DNA of 64,000 nucleotides from Utricularia gibba (taxonomy: Eukaryota > Plantae > Magnoliophyta), in contig CM007989.1 in the NCBI GenBank assembly GCA_002189035.1, positions 1,054,001-1,118,000 on the forward strand, given 5' to 3'. Below, one piece after another: positions 1 to 13,517 of this stretch. The notes below the pieces were generated by a model. The model was not told the DNA's origin. It saw only the letters and a program-made list of their open reading frames with translations, and ran no database searches. Numbering within the stretch: the first letter of the stretch is position 1; every line of letters starts with the position of its first letter. The position numbers and the translations under genes are program-made.

Positions 1-4
1 TTAA

Positions 5-42
5 TGGGCTGTACTCAAACAAGTTTTTTCCAATTAGGGTTT
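5..42. promoter_or_regulatory. Site II element (TGGGCT, 5-10) plus telo-box (TTAGGGTTT, 34-42) upstream of RPS26
   Basis: Both motifs read directly about 100-135 bp before the RPS26 ATG. The site II/telo-box pairing is typical of plant ribosomal protein promoters. Confidence 0.7.
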
Positions 43-140
43 TGTTTATATATAAACTAAGCGACGGCAGCTCTTCTCATCTGTCTCCAGAGAAATTAAG
101 CGGAGAGGCCTTTGAATCGAGCTTCGTCGATCAATCCATA

Positions 141-1299
<1,159 letters not shown>

Positions 1300-2033
1300 A
1301 GTATTTCTACTGCTACCAACTGCCTTATCATGATCTTCTTGTTTCTTTTACCATTTTGACTCAAGCGTGGGAATCGGTATCTGCCCACACCCGTCATTCG
1401 ATTTTCGCTTTCCCTGACATCAAGTTTGAGATTGATTCTTCGTGCGTCTAAATGCAATTCCAGGAAATTGTCTTTTTTTTTCTAATATTTTCTGTTGTTT
1501 CAAAAATTAATTTAGTTCTTTAAAATCATATTTAGGTTTGGTTACCGTAACGCGCCAAGAATGAGCTACTAGAGTATGGTAGTTGTGTCTCGTACAGCAA
1601 TTGTTTTTGTTTTCTCTAATGCATTATTCCTATTTTATAAGAAAATTATATATAATACTATAATACTTTTTTATTTTATATGTTGATAAAAAAGTTCCAA
1701 TTTCATAAGAATTATGGGATAGTAGTTTTTTTCTAAGTGATTTAAGATTGAGTTTACTATTATATCATTTTTTTATGCATAACTAATATTAGTATCATGT
1801 AAATTAGTAAAAAATTTTAATTTTAAATTCATTAAATTGAAGTAAAAATATCAAATGCAATTTGTATATTTTTACTTTATAAATTAATTAAATATAATTT
1901 TTATGACATAAATATATCATTTATTTAATATGAATCAATTATATAATAATTATCATTACAAATATTTTTAAATTATATATCGATTTTTATTTTATCAAAA
2001 TTATAAATTCTAAATCAAGAGGTAATTTTCCTA

Positions 2034-3201
2034 CACGTGGTTTTTGTCTTTTTTGCAAAGCTCGTAGAAGTAAGTTTTATTTTATAAAATACAAACAACA
2101 GGACAAAAAGACATGCACGTGTCTCTCTAGTACAACTCACGATTCGTTTAATAAACAGACACTCATGAAATTCCTTCCCGACACGCGTAATTAGTTTATT
2201 AATTAATAATTAATCCATGACAAATCAAGCTTACGTGATTGAATCAATTTCAAAATGGTACTTCTCAGGGTGGATTCGCTGACGTGGATTGTACGACAAG
2301 AACAACACGCATTGTCCATTCTTTTTTCTTCCCAATTTTTTACTGCTACATTTTACGCGTAAATTGTAATCTTTTTTCCCGTGTGTGTTTTGCCGTTGAT
2401 GTACGGATTAACGGAACTCAAGATTTCAAAGGCTTCAGATCAGTTACCATTACAAGAACGCGTCTTTTTGTCCGAATCCAACTGGCGAAGGTTCTCGATC
2501 CCGGCGTTGCGTGTCCGTCCGGGAGTCCGGTGTCGTCATCGCCTAGCACCACGTGTCCGGGCGCGACACCGCACACCAAACGTCTCCGCCTGGTCAGAGT
2601 CGCAAAGATGGCCGTCACCTCGCCACTACATCAACTAAAAAATAATATCTCAAATCAACATAATAATTAAATTCGATTATATTTTTATGCGTCAATTTAT
2701 ATAAAAAAAATTTCACGGACCCACTACTGCTATACAGGTGTCAGCTTTTGGCCCTGATGCAATAACTTGGGCTTGTACGAGTGTCCCAAGTTGACAATGA
2801 CGCAAATTTCATTTAATATTAATGTTCCATAATCATTTTTAAATTAAATCGAGTTTAGATAAATTTTTAATTTTTTTATTAAAAACAGAGTAAGTAATGT
2901 GTTTTATTTTAAATCTTTATATTATTTATCTAACATATTTAAATTTTCTACATATAGTAATGATTATTAAAACCATAATTCTTTTACATATTTCTATTTT
3001 GAACCATAAGCCAATATGAGATTGAAGATTGATACCCACTTCTTAATCACATGATTATCGAGTGTTGTGTGGTTGATTCAATGATGCAATTCATGTTTGT
3101 GAATAATTACCAGATATTTTAATGTTGATTCCGACCAAGTGTGTGAAGTCTTTTCAAGGTTCAAGCGTGTCCGCGACGGTCCCCTCACGCGCTCACACGT
3201 G
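2034..3201. promoter_or_regulatory. G-box/ABRE and CGCG-box cluster upstream of CIPK
   Basis: CACGTG at 2034, 2116, 2550 and 3196; ACGCGT at 2183 and 2355; further ACGTG cores at 2233 and 2282. Confidence 0.5.
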
Positions 3202-3391
3202 TTACATGGTGGGCGGCTACGCTGCACCTCATCTTCTTGAAATACTCCCGGAGCTCTATTCCATCATCCGCGGCGAACATTTTCCCTCATTCTTTCCCCT
3301 CGATCATAAAGCATTCTTCACACCATTGGTCTCACAGCCGAAACGCGGCGTTTGAACTCTTTTTTCTCCTCCGGGTCTCGATTGCGCTGCA

Positions 3392-4693
3392 ATGCAGGAG
3401 CCGGAGATTGAGATATCCGATGCCGATGAAGTGGCGGCGGAGCGAGGAAACCAACTCTTCAACAAGTATGAATTTGGGAAACTAGTCGGCTGCGGCGGCT
3501 TCGCGAAGGTGTACCACGCGAGGAACATTTCGACGGGGCAGAGCGTGGCGATTAAGGTGATTAGTAAAGCCAGATTAGCAGCTAATGCGAATCTTATGGC
3601 GAACGTCAAGCGTGAGATCTCGATCATGAGCCGGTTACGCCACCGTAACATCGTCCGATTGTTGGAGGTGTTGGCGACTAAGAGGAAGATTTACTTCGTT
3701 CTGGAGTTTGTGAAGGGCGGTGAATTGTTCACCGAGGTAGCCAAGGGGCGGTTGAGTGAGGAATTAGGGCGGAGGTATTTTCAGCAATTGATTTCTGCCG
3801 TGAGTTATTGCCACGCACGCGGCGTTTACCACCGCGACTTGAAGCCGGAGAATCTGTTGCTGGATGAGAATGGGGATTTGAAGGTGTCTGATTTTGGGCT
3901 TAGTGCGTTAAAAAGTCAGGTACGGGCGGATGGGCTGTTGCATACTATGTGCGGTACGCCGGCATACGTCGCGCCGGAGATTCTCGGGAAGAGAGGTTAC
4001 GACGGCGCGAAGATCGATATTTGGTCTTGCGGCATCGTTTTGTTTGTGCTCATTGCTGGGTATTTGCCGTTCAACGATGCGAATTTGATGAATTTGTATA
4101 AGAAGATTTACAGGGGCGATTTCCGATGCCCAAGGTGGATGTCGCCGGAGCTGAAGCGGTTTCTACACCGTCTACTGGAAACGAACCCGGAATCGAGAAT
4201 CACCATTGATGATATCAAGCGTGACCCATGGTTCAGAAAAGGGTACAAGAAGGAGCACTTCCGATCAGTTGGTGGAGCTTCCACCGTGGAGAAGGACACT
4301 AAGAATCTCAAGCACCTAAACGCTTTCGACATAATTTCGTTCTCGCGTGGTTTAGATCTCTCCGCGATGTTCGACGATGGAAACAACGCTGAGTCAGAGA
4401 GCATCCACCGCCTCACGGTGGAGGAGTCGCTAGAAAAGGTCATCGAGAAGGTGGCAGCGGCGGTTAAGAGGGAGAAGGACTTGATCCAGATGAGAAAGAA
4501 GGAAAACGGTGTTTTAGTGGAGCACAAAAACGGTAACTTCACTTTCGCCGTCGATGTTTACCGGCTAACGGAGAGACTACTCGTCGTGGAGGTCAAACGA
4601 ATCGTCGGTGACGCGGAAACTTTTTCAGACATCTGGAACCGGAAGATTAGACCCGTGATCGCCGCCGCGCAACCGGAACAGCCGGTTGCCTAA
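3392..4693 (+). CDS. CIPK14: CBL-interacting protein kinase (SnRK3), intronless CIPK11/14 clade
   Basis: 433 aa ORF with [37 protein letters not shown] and the NAF motif [10 protein letters not shown]. Confidence 0.93.
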   Translation: MQEPEIEISDADEVAAERGNQLFNKYEFGKLVGCGGFAKVYHARNISTGQSVAIKVISKARLAANANLMANVKREISIMSRLRHRNIVRLLEVLATKRKIYFVLEFVKGGELFTEVAKGRLSEELGRRYFQQLISAVSYCHARGVYHRDLKPENLLLDENGDLKVSDFGLSALKSQVRADGLLHTMCGTPAYVAPEILGKRGYDGAKIDIWSCGIVLFVLIAGYLPFNDANLMNLYKKIYRGDFRCPRWMSPELKRFLHRLLETNPESRITIDDIKRDPWFRKGYKKEHFRSVGGASTVEKDTKNLKHLNAFDIISFSRGLDLSAMFDDGNNAESESIHRLTVEESLEKVIEKVAAAVKREKDLIQMRKKENGVLVEHKNGNFTFAVDVYRLTERLLVVEVKRIVGDAETFSDIWNRKIRPVIAAAQPEQPVA

Positions 4694-4767
4694 TGCTGCA
4701 GTTGCTATCAACCAACTGTAATCGGCTTTTAGAAGACCCAAGAGAGCTTCTTGGATAGTTGCCATGA

Positions 4768-4913
4768 TTAGGGAATTGGTCGGTCTGAGTGTGCTTGCTC
4801 GACGCCGTCGGCGATCAACTCATCGCAGAGCTTCTTCCGCAATCATCTGCCTCCGCGATCAACTCATCGTGGCGCGCAACAGCTATGAGCTTCTCCTCGC
4901 CGTTTCCGCCCAT
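4768..4913 (-). pseudogene. EXO70B: Relic of an EXO70B-type exocyst subunit gene (N-terminal ~50 codons, internally deleted and frameshifted)
   Basis: Minus strand from the ATG at 4913 reads MGGNGEEKLIAVARH, compared with EXO70B1 MAENGEEKLLAVARH (recalled). Fragments EADD and, in another frame, RKKL..DGVEQAHSDRPI* follow. The rest of the ~620 aa gene is absent. Confidence 0.65.
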
Positions 4914-5374
4914 TCTTTTTCCGGAGAGTCCAATGAGAATCTCCGGCGCGACGTGACAGTGGCGAGAGGAGCGAGTGACGACGCGGTTTCGTGGTCGTGG
5001 GAAGGACCCCGAAGTTTCCAACGGGACGCTGGCGAGAAAGCGCAAAGTCCTTGTGTACAAAGAAGACTTCCCAATAAAAAACGCCTTTCTTTCAAATGGC
5101 GATTTTCCATTTCCAATTCCAATCCATTATAATGCATTCCCCTACAACCCAATTCAAATGAGCGAATACAACAGCATACAGTGCAGATGCTCAGCAGTCA
5201 GTATACAACACTTTTTATTGACCAAGAGATCTGCTGTCCAACCAAGTTTCAGTGGTAGCTGAATCCACCCCACCATGATCCGTGGTATCCAGATGTGTCT
5301 CTTGAGAGATGGGTTTTGAAACATTCGTCGGAAACCTTCTTCAAAACTGTACCTCGCTCACCATTCCTCAGTCC

Positions 5375-7526
5375 TCACCTTTGTGTTGCATATTTGCTGG
5401 TCTCCTCCGCCACTTTAGTCCACTCCGCGCCAATTCTCTCGTTATATGCAACCTGTACCAACACGGAGATTTGATAAGCTCGATCTTTGGTTTAGGGGTA
5501 TGTTGTTAGTTGGCTGTCAGACAGTGTCAAGAAACCTGGCTAGCAACAAATCCTTTGAGCATGTTGAGGAAATCCGTCTGCCTTTCTTCATCTAGTCTCT
5601 GGATTTCGCTCCTGTTATTTTCCTGGCATGATGGCAAACGAGTGGTGATTGGAAACCGTGAAGCCTCAGCAAAATATGAGAGGCGCCACCTCAAGGGGTT
5701 ATTGTATTTAGTGGGAGCGAAGCATCAGAAACAATTCCACAACAGTTACCTTAATCCTTTGATATTCGTTAATTGCACAACTTTTAGCACCCTCAGTGAT
5801 GCTAACGGCATCTTTCAGGTCCTCCAGTTTGCGGATCCTGGACTTGTCACCACTGGACATCTTTGAAGATGCCGTGTTCTCAAGTTTTTCAACTCTCAGG
5901 TGCAAGGAGGACAAATCAGAGATCAGAGTTTGGACAGTTAGTAAAGCGTTCGACCTATCAGAAAACGCACTATGAACGGCTAACATGAGCCCCATGTACT
6001 CATGCAATATCTCCTGCAATATCAATATGAACACAATTACAATCGATTAAACACAGTGCATGAGTACAAAAGAGTCATATTATATGAAGAAAAATTGGGA
6101 GATCTATACTGAATCAGAATAATGAATGCCTTTGCGGAAAAAGTGTGAAGGAAGAACTTACAAAATGTTTCACGGTTTTCGAATTCAGTTCTCGAAATAG
6201 TCTGCTAACTTTGACAGCTGAGGTGGCCAAACATTTCATGTCAGCCGCCCTTACTTTTTGTGTGTTCATCACAGCCTGCTCATTCTCATACTTTGTTAAC
6301 TTAACAAAGGCCAGACCCAATTCTCCCAGTGTGTCTCCCATATCTTGCTGCGCCTTCACAAAAGTTTCAGCCTACCAAACCAAAAGAAAATAGCAAGCGA
6401 TTACAATTTAACCCCTAAATCTCTTCATATTCAATGTGAAAAATATAATTGAACCCAGTGAAGAGAACATGAAAGAAACACTACTGAGCTGAATACCGGC
6501 AAACCTGTTTGGAAGTATTTGTGAGTTGCTGTTCAAGCTTAATCAACTTCCCTCTTTTATCCAAGAAATCCTTATCCTCCTCCTCTACGGAAGGTTTCGA
6601 ATTACCCCAGTCATTGACAACAGATTGTTTCAACTCCTTAAAGAATCTAAGCATATTCCTCCCACTCCTAGCAGGGTGCACGACATCCTGTGGCTCCACA
6701 AGACTAGTTGATTCCCCAAGAAGCTGCTTTGGAAGCCTCGATGCCCCATCAAGCACCTGTGAGGCTACGTCGATGCTTGTGGGCAGTGGCATTCTCCCTG
6801 TACTGTCAAAAACACTCTCAATTCATCACTCCTTCCAAGCACAGGATGCCTCGCTAGCCGTCTCAGGAACTTCTCCAGCTCAGCTCTCCTCTGCTCCACA
6901 AACTCCTGCGACTGCATTACCTGCCTTTCTACAACACTCTTATCTGGTCGAGGAGGAATAAAAAACCCCCTGTAGCTTTCATTGAGACGATCAGATAAAG
7001 TAACAACATCTCTAAATCTTCTCCGCACACTAAAACTGGATCCCCCAAAATCAACAAAATTCGTGGTCGTCGTGATCAGGTAGCTCACGTAAGTGCCACT
7101 ACCTGGAACAATCGAATTGGACGAATCAACCTCCTTCTGCGGGTCGGAAACGCTGATTCTCAAATACTCGGCGTCAGACGACTGCGATCCATGAGGCGAA
7201 TTCGGCACCTCAAGGACACTATTACCACCATTAGACTCGGGAATCCCATCGTGAAAATTATTGACCATCATCGCCGCGTAGGAAGGGGAATCCAATGACT
7301 GAGAGCGGAAGAGGAGGGGATCGGAGACGGCGGGAACGAGAGGATTATCGGAAACAGCCGATGAGGAGAGAGCACTCATAGCGTTGCGGTAGCTGGAATA
7401 GGATTTGGAGTTGGAAACGCCGTCATCGTCATCATGGAGCGCTAGGGTTTGCAATTGGTCATCGGTGGCGAGTGGGTGGCGGAATTCTCCACCGCTTCGT
7501 TGCTGCTGCTCCTCGGAGCCCATCAT
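5375..7526 (-). CDS. SNX2: Sorting nexin 2 (PX-BAR)
   Basis: PX domain YVSYLIT..VRRRFRDVVTLSDRL..FIPPRPDKSVVE and BAR exons (KAQQDMGDTLGELGLAFVKLTK). The last exon is VAYNERIGAEWTKVAEETSKYATQR*. One missing G at 6796-6798 splits exon 1 (VQG|RMPLP). Confidence 0.93.
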
Positions 7527-7916
7527 TCTGGATCGATAATCTGCTGTGCGCCCCCGCTTCGGATTGCGCCGACACGGCGATATTGCCTGCACTATGGAGC
7601 CCCGGTGCACTGACTCCGCTCTGAAGGTGTTGTTCCTTAATTAGGTTTTTTGATTGTCTCCCAAAAATGTAGAGAAGAAGGAAAATTTAACGGAGGAACA
7701 AAAAATTAATTTTATTAAAATTAATAAATTCTTGAAGGTGTGCCTTTTGGACATCGGTACCCTGAGAATCGTTTGCTCCCCATCTCTGCAACAAGGGTAC
7801 AACTGTACGCCTCCTAGGTCTGGGACTCAGAGTTCATGTCGCCTTTTCCGTTCTGAGCACAACTGCAGCGACGCTTTGAGGTTTTATTCTTTTTTTTTCT
7901 GTGAAGTTGTCTATCA
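7527..7916. promoter_or_regulatory. Shared head-to-head promoter of SNX2 and NAA25
   Basis: The two divergent start codons are only 390 bp apart. Confidence 0.6.
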
Positions 7917-10900
7917 ATGGCATCGAAATTTGGTTTAGCGGGCGGCATTCCGGAGCGGCGGGTCCGACCCATTTGGGATGCTATTGACTCACGCCAGTTC
8001 AAGAACGCCCTCAAGCTTTCCGCTGCTCTTTTGGCCAAGTTTCCTAATTCCCCTTATGCTATTGTGAGTTGGATTTTGCCATGTTTTGGTTTTTATCGTT
8101 TTCATTCAATCTGAAACATAGTGCGTCACTGCTTTGTTGATTACGTATCGATGGCTCAGACTCTGAAGGCTCTGATATTAGAAAGAATGGGGAGGAATGA
8201 GGAGGCACTCTCTGTTTGCCTTAATGCCAGGGATGTTTTATTTAATAATCCCAATGCTTTGGTCGACGAACTTACCCTCAGCACAATGCAGATTGTCTTT
8301 CAGCGGCTGGATCACTGTTAGTGTCTAACTTCGTTCTCTTTCGAATGCATCGTTCGGTTTCAGTAAACGGGCTGTCAGAAATTTGTTTGCGTCTGCAGTG
8401 GACATGGCAACGAGCTGCTACGAGCATGTGTGTACAAAATATAGCAACAATATGGAATTGATGATGGGCCTATTTAACTGTTACGTACATGAGTATTCAT
8501 TTGTAAAGCAACAACAGGTTAGACAAAGGCGTCATTGAAATCTCCATCCCCCCCCCCCCCCCCACACACACACGCACCAACTGACCTCATTTTTGTTGAG
8601 TATGATAATTGATGTGTGTACATTTTTGTATCCATAGACAGCAATTAAGATGTATAAAATTGCAAGTGAGGAAAAATTCCTGCTCTGGGCCGTTTGCAGC
8701 ATTCAGTTACAGGTTGAATTCTCTGGTTCTCTTCTTTGCCTTAACGCTTTCTCAAGGTGTAATCTTTGTACTTATAAAAATCATCATATAGCTTGCCAAG
8801 GGTTGTCCACTCAACCTATAGAATGCAAATGATAGCCTTTTTAGGCTCTGATCTTATGATATCCTCTTATTCTCTGAATACAACCTTTTGCCTATACGAA
8901 AAATTATTAATTTATAGGATTCTCTGCTTGCTAGCAAGATTTCCTATTGATGATATTCTACCCGGTTTAAGGTTTTCTTTGGAAATGGAGGAGAGAAGCT
9001 TTTACTCTTGGCAGAAGGTTTGCTCAAGAAACATATAGCTTCTCATGGTCTACATGAGTTGGAAGGTGTTTTTCCTCGTCCTTATTCTTTTACTGCCTAT
9101 TTTCAGAGTGTTACTTGACAAAATCAGTGTTTTTTCTGTGATCAGATCATTCTCTGAAATTTCTCTTGTATGCTGCAGCTCTCAATACTTATATATCATT
9201 GTTGGAGCATCAATGCAAGTACGTTGATGCACTGGAGATTCTTTCTGGGAAGTTAGGATCTCTAATGACCATTGAAGTGGACAGGCTGTATCTGCAGGTA
9301 CTTCATTCCGTACTAATCTGTTAGACATGTTGTCTCCTTTCATTCTGTAGGCACATCTTTCATTTTTCAAATCATATTTTTTTATTATAGTTTTCCGGTT
9401 TCATTTAAGCTTGTGTTACTGTAACGTTAAGTTGACAGGGGAGGCTTCTTGCTAAGGCTGGAGACTTTGCAGCCGCGGCTGATGTATTCCGGAAGGTCTT
9501 AGAAGAACGGTATGGGTTTCAGTTCGTGGTTTCTTGGCTTCTAATGCGATTATCATTTAGTGGCTTCATTTTCTGCAAAATTGTCACCTAAATTCTCTTT
9601 GTAGCCCTGATGATTGGGAGTGCTATCTTCAGTTTTTTGGCTGTTTAATGGAGGATGAAGCTGCCTTCATCAAAGCTAATGATCCCACGCATCTGCAGAA
9701 GCCTACTCCTTGCAAAAAGTTGCAAATTTCTGAGGAACTTGTATGTTCTTGTATTTCTGAAGACCATACTTGCCATGCTATGTTTGATCGGGTGGTATTC
9801 CATTTGCAGTTTGATTCACGCATATCAGATGCAGTGAACTTTATAATGAAACTAATGGAAGCAAATAATAACTCGTTAAGGTGTCCATACTTGGCTCTTC
9901 TTGAAATAGAAAGACAAAAGCTCCTGTTCTGCAATGGTGATCCTGTGAAAATAATTGGAGATCTTGTTCTCTATTTTTCCAGGTATATTAGTTCTAGAAA
10001 GCTGGAATTAGAAAAGTTACTTTCATCATAATCTCTTTTTGCTGCCTTTTGATTTTTCCACTCTGTACCAGATTTGGGCACTTGGCTTGCTTCTCTTCTG
10101 ATGTTGAAATTTTTCTTCAACATCTTGATGCTAACTTCAAAATTGAGTTCTTGAATAAAGTAGTAGAGGAGGCAGAGAGCAGTGTTGCTGACCAAACAAA
10201 AGCACTTGGACGCACTATATCTGTGTTTAAAATCAAGTCTTTAGTTGTTGATGTGGCAGAAGGTAATATTGAGCCACTTGCTTGAATTCTTTATGTTTTC
10301 AACTGGCTTCATGATCATAATTTCTAGGATTTATGAAAGGTTCTTGTGGATAAAGCTCGTTATTCTTGCTCAACTAGCGCTGTGTTTTCTTGTCTCTTTT
10401 TTTTTTTCTCAGCATTCAGCTCGCTTTCTTTTCTTTTCTTTTTTCTTGCAGATTCTCATATTCCGGATCTTGAGAATGCAGCTGTGGATATGATAGAGAC
10501 ATTCTGCAGGACCCTGCCCTCTCAAGAGAATTAGACCTTCAGGAGACTATGCAAGGAGAAGAGCTTATCTCACTTGCATGCAATCTTTTGGTTCAGGTAG
10601 CTTCTTTTTTGTCTGTTATAAACGGTTTCCCATCCCATTTTCTCTGGTTAGAATTTACATCATATGGATCCTACATAAGCATTGTAGAATTATACGTTTC
10701 ACGATATGCTTCTGTGTATTTTATATATATATGTGTGCAATCATATGAACGACAGCTAATGGTTGCTTACCAATAATATGTTTCATGGTGGATAAGCTAT
10801 TCTGGCGTACGAGACATTTTGGCTATTTGCTCGAGTCAATCATTATCCTGGAGTTTGGTTTAGCTATAAGAAGGTTAGAAGTTCTGTCAACTACTTTGTA

Positions 10901-13517
10901 AGCATTGGTTTGCAGCCTCTTGGAAGCACAAATAGTGAATTATTTTATTGGAAGTAAGTAGTCGAAGGGGCTGGGTCCTTGCTTTTGGATGCTGGAAACA
11001 TGAACCCATGAATCAGATATCTTACCTTGCTAATGAACACAATCTTTTTCTCAGCTCCTAGTTGTTACCATCTCTAGTTCCATTTTTCAATTTCTTGCTT
11101 TTATGTTTAACAGATATGTCTGGCAGTATAAGCTCATGTTGGTGCACCTTTATTCTTATTGGAGTGCCCTTCCATTAGCTTATCAACGGTCAGCTCATCC
11201 TTCTTAAATGAATTTTATAATCTTTCTTTTACAAGTTGAGCGTCTATGCTACTCTCCTTATGCCAGATTTCCTAGCCTTTTTAGTCGGCACCAAGTTTTG
11301 TAAATATGAAAATGTGAACCTGTACTTCACTCTTTATTGTAGCTATAAATCCTTGGATGTGAAGAACATTTTGCTGGAGACAGCATCCCACCACATTTTA
11401 CCTCAGATGCTAGCATCTCCCTTTTGGTCAGATTTGAACAATCTGTTGATGGACTATTTAAAGTTCATGGACGATCACTTCCGAGAATCTGGAGATCTTA
11501 CCTACCTTGCATATTGCCACAGAAGCTACTCAAAAGTGAGACAATGAATATATATATTCAGAGTTTTGTTTTCGTTTTTTTAATTCTGTCACAAGCAAAT
11601 GCTTTGTGAATCTGTTTTCCACAATCAGTAGCATCAGAGTTCTAACTTTTTCTATTAGTGAAAATCATGCATCTCTCCTTCTTCTTTCCCTTTTAGGTAA
11701 TTGAGTTTGTGCAATTTAAGGACGGATTGCAGCGGTCCAGTCAGTACTTGGTTGCCAAAACTGAATTGGCCATATTGCAGCTAAAACAGAATTCAAATAA
11801 TGTCGATGACCAGGAGGTGCGTTAATGAATGTTTAATCTTCTTATACCCGCTTATTTTTTCCTTAATGTTTAGAATTTTGTCTCAGCGCATTTTGGAGAG
11901 CCTGAATAATGGCACTCACTTTGTCGAGCTCTCTTCTGAGATCAGACGCAAGTCTTTGACATTTAATGAAGACCTAAATTTAAGGCCTTGGTGGACACCA
12001 ACTTATGACAGAAATTATCTCATGGGTCAGGATTTTCTTTGACTAAATCTTTTGTTCTTTATATTCACTGTCATTCCAGCCACTGCTTTGAATCTTATTT
12101 CTTGCCTTGCCAAAAGCTGGTTATTCTTCTTCCAACAGTGTTGTGGATGCTAATAATACTTCTCTTCTTATGCAGGACCCTTTGAAAGAGTTTCCTTCTG
12201 CCCACGCGAAAACAGGGTATTAAAGCTATTTTCTGTCATTGCTGATATTTAGTAGAAAGTTGCAGGAAAAATCTATATTTTCTGTTTTCCTGTTGCTTTG
12301 ATATATGCATTAGAACGGCCATGCTTGTCTCCATAATTCCAGAATTCAAAGTTGCATGCATTAAAATGGCCATGCTATGTTTTGACTATTTGTGAAAACG
12401 TAGAAATTCATTCATCTCTCTTTTTGCAGGCTTCTGAAATCAAGCAGTCACATGACCGCCTTCTGAAAACTGTACAGAAGAGATTACTTGTTCCACGGAT
12501 GATTTATTTATCCATGTATGCTGCTTCATCATCAGCAAAGGAAAATACAGAAGTCAACGGATCATTGGTTGATCCAAAACTTACCGCGGAACTGAAAAGT
12601 TTGCTTGAGCGTCATGCTGAGATTATGGATTTACCTTTCCATGATGCAGTAGAGCATGTAATTGGGATTTCAAGTGGAAGCAAGTTGCTTGAGGTACTTA
12701 ATTTACATTTCTCCTCACTCCACATTTTAAGTGTTCACCCATAAAAAAAATTTTGATTAATTTAATTAAGTTCAGCACAATTGAAAGGTTGCATTTTGCT
12801 TCCGTTTTTAACTCAGGAGCCTGCTGTATACATTTACAGGTGCGAAGTACTGAAATCATCGATTGGATGAACTTTGCTGTGTTTTTGAATGCGTGGAATT
12901 TCAGCTGCCCTGAGATCAAATATGCTGATGGCTTCACAACTTGGAAGCTTGTGAGCTCACTGTTTAAGAAAATTGTTGAGAAGATGAAGCATGTTGGATC
13001 CCTGGTGTCCTCCGGTGGCATTGATCTTTCGTTTCTGGTTCAGCTTGTAACTGAACCCATTGCGTGGCATGCCCTTATCATCCAGTCTTGCATAAGGTCA
13101 TTACCACCTTCAGGGAGGAAGAAAAAGAAAGGTGCCGTTGAACAATCCAGCTCTACCTCATTGATGGAAATACAAGGCTCGATTATATGCCTCTGTGATT
13201 CATTGGATCTGATTGTGAAATGGTTAAACGAGCAACTCAACAGAGATTACGATGAAAAGGTCGAAGCCATGCTCTCTCTGGTTCGAATAAACGATGGAAG
13301 TGATGGGCCTGGTAAAGTCTTGAAAACACTTCAGTCTTCCATCTCCCTGATGAATAGTAGTGATGTTGGACAGAGGATCTTCGATGCCGTGCATTCTTGG
13401 AATCCAGGCGATGTCACAAGGAAGATCATATCTGGGCAAGACAAGTACTTGTTCGAGCTCCTCGAAATTTGCAAATCTAAAACCAAACAGCTTCAGTCAC
13501 TTCGAGTTCAGCTGTAG
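7917..13517 (+). CDS. NAA25: NatB N-terminal acetyltransferase auxiliary subunit (NAA25/TCU2), multi-exon
   Basis: Starts MASKFGLAGGIPERRVRPIWDAIDSRQFKNALK, followed by TPR-like exons with GT-AG junctions; ends QSLRVQL*. One missing C at 10517-10519 (FCRTLP|LSRELDLQETMQGEEL). Confidence 0.93.
8548..8573. repeat. C16 homopolymer followed by (AC)5, in an NAA25 intron
   Basis: Read directly. Confidence 0.9.

Noticed and set aside
4764-5132. Plus-strand 122 aa ORF, and the minus-strand HVAPEIL peptide as a second kinase
   Set aside because: The only kinase similarity is the 20 nt inverted match. No other kinase motifs are present, and the region is better explained as the EXO70B relic and its leader.
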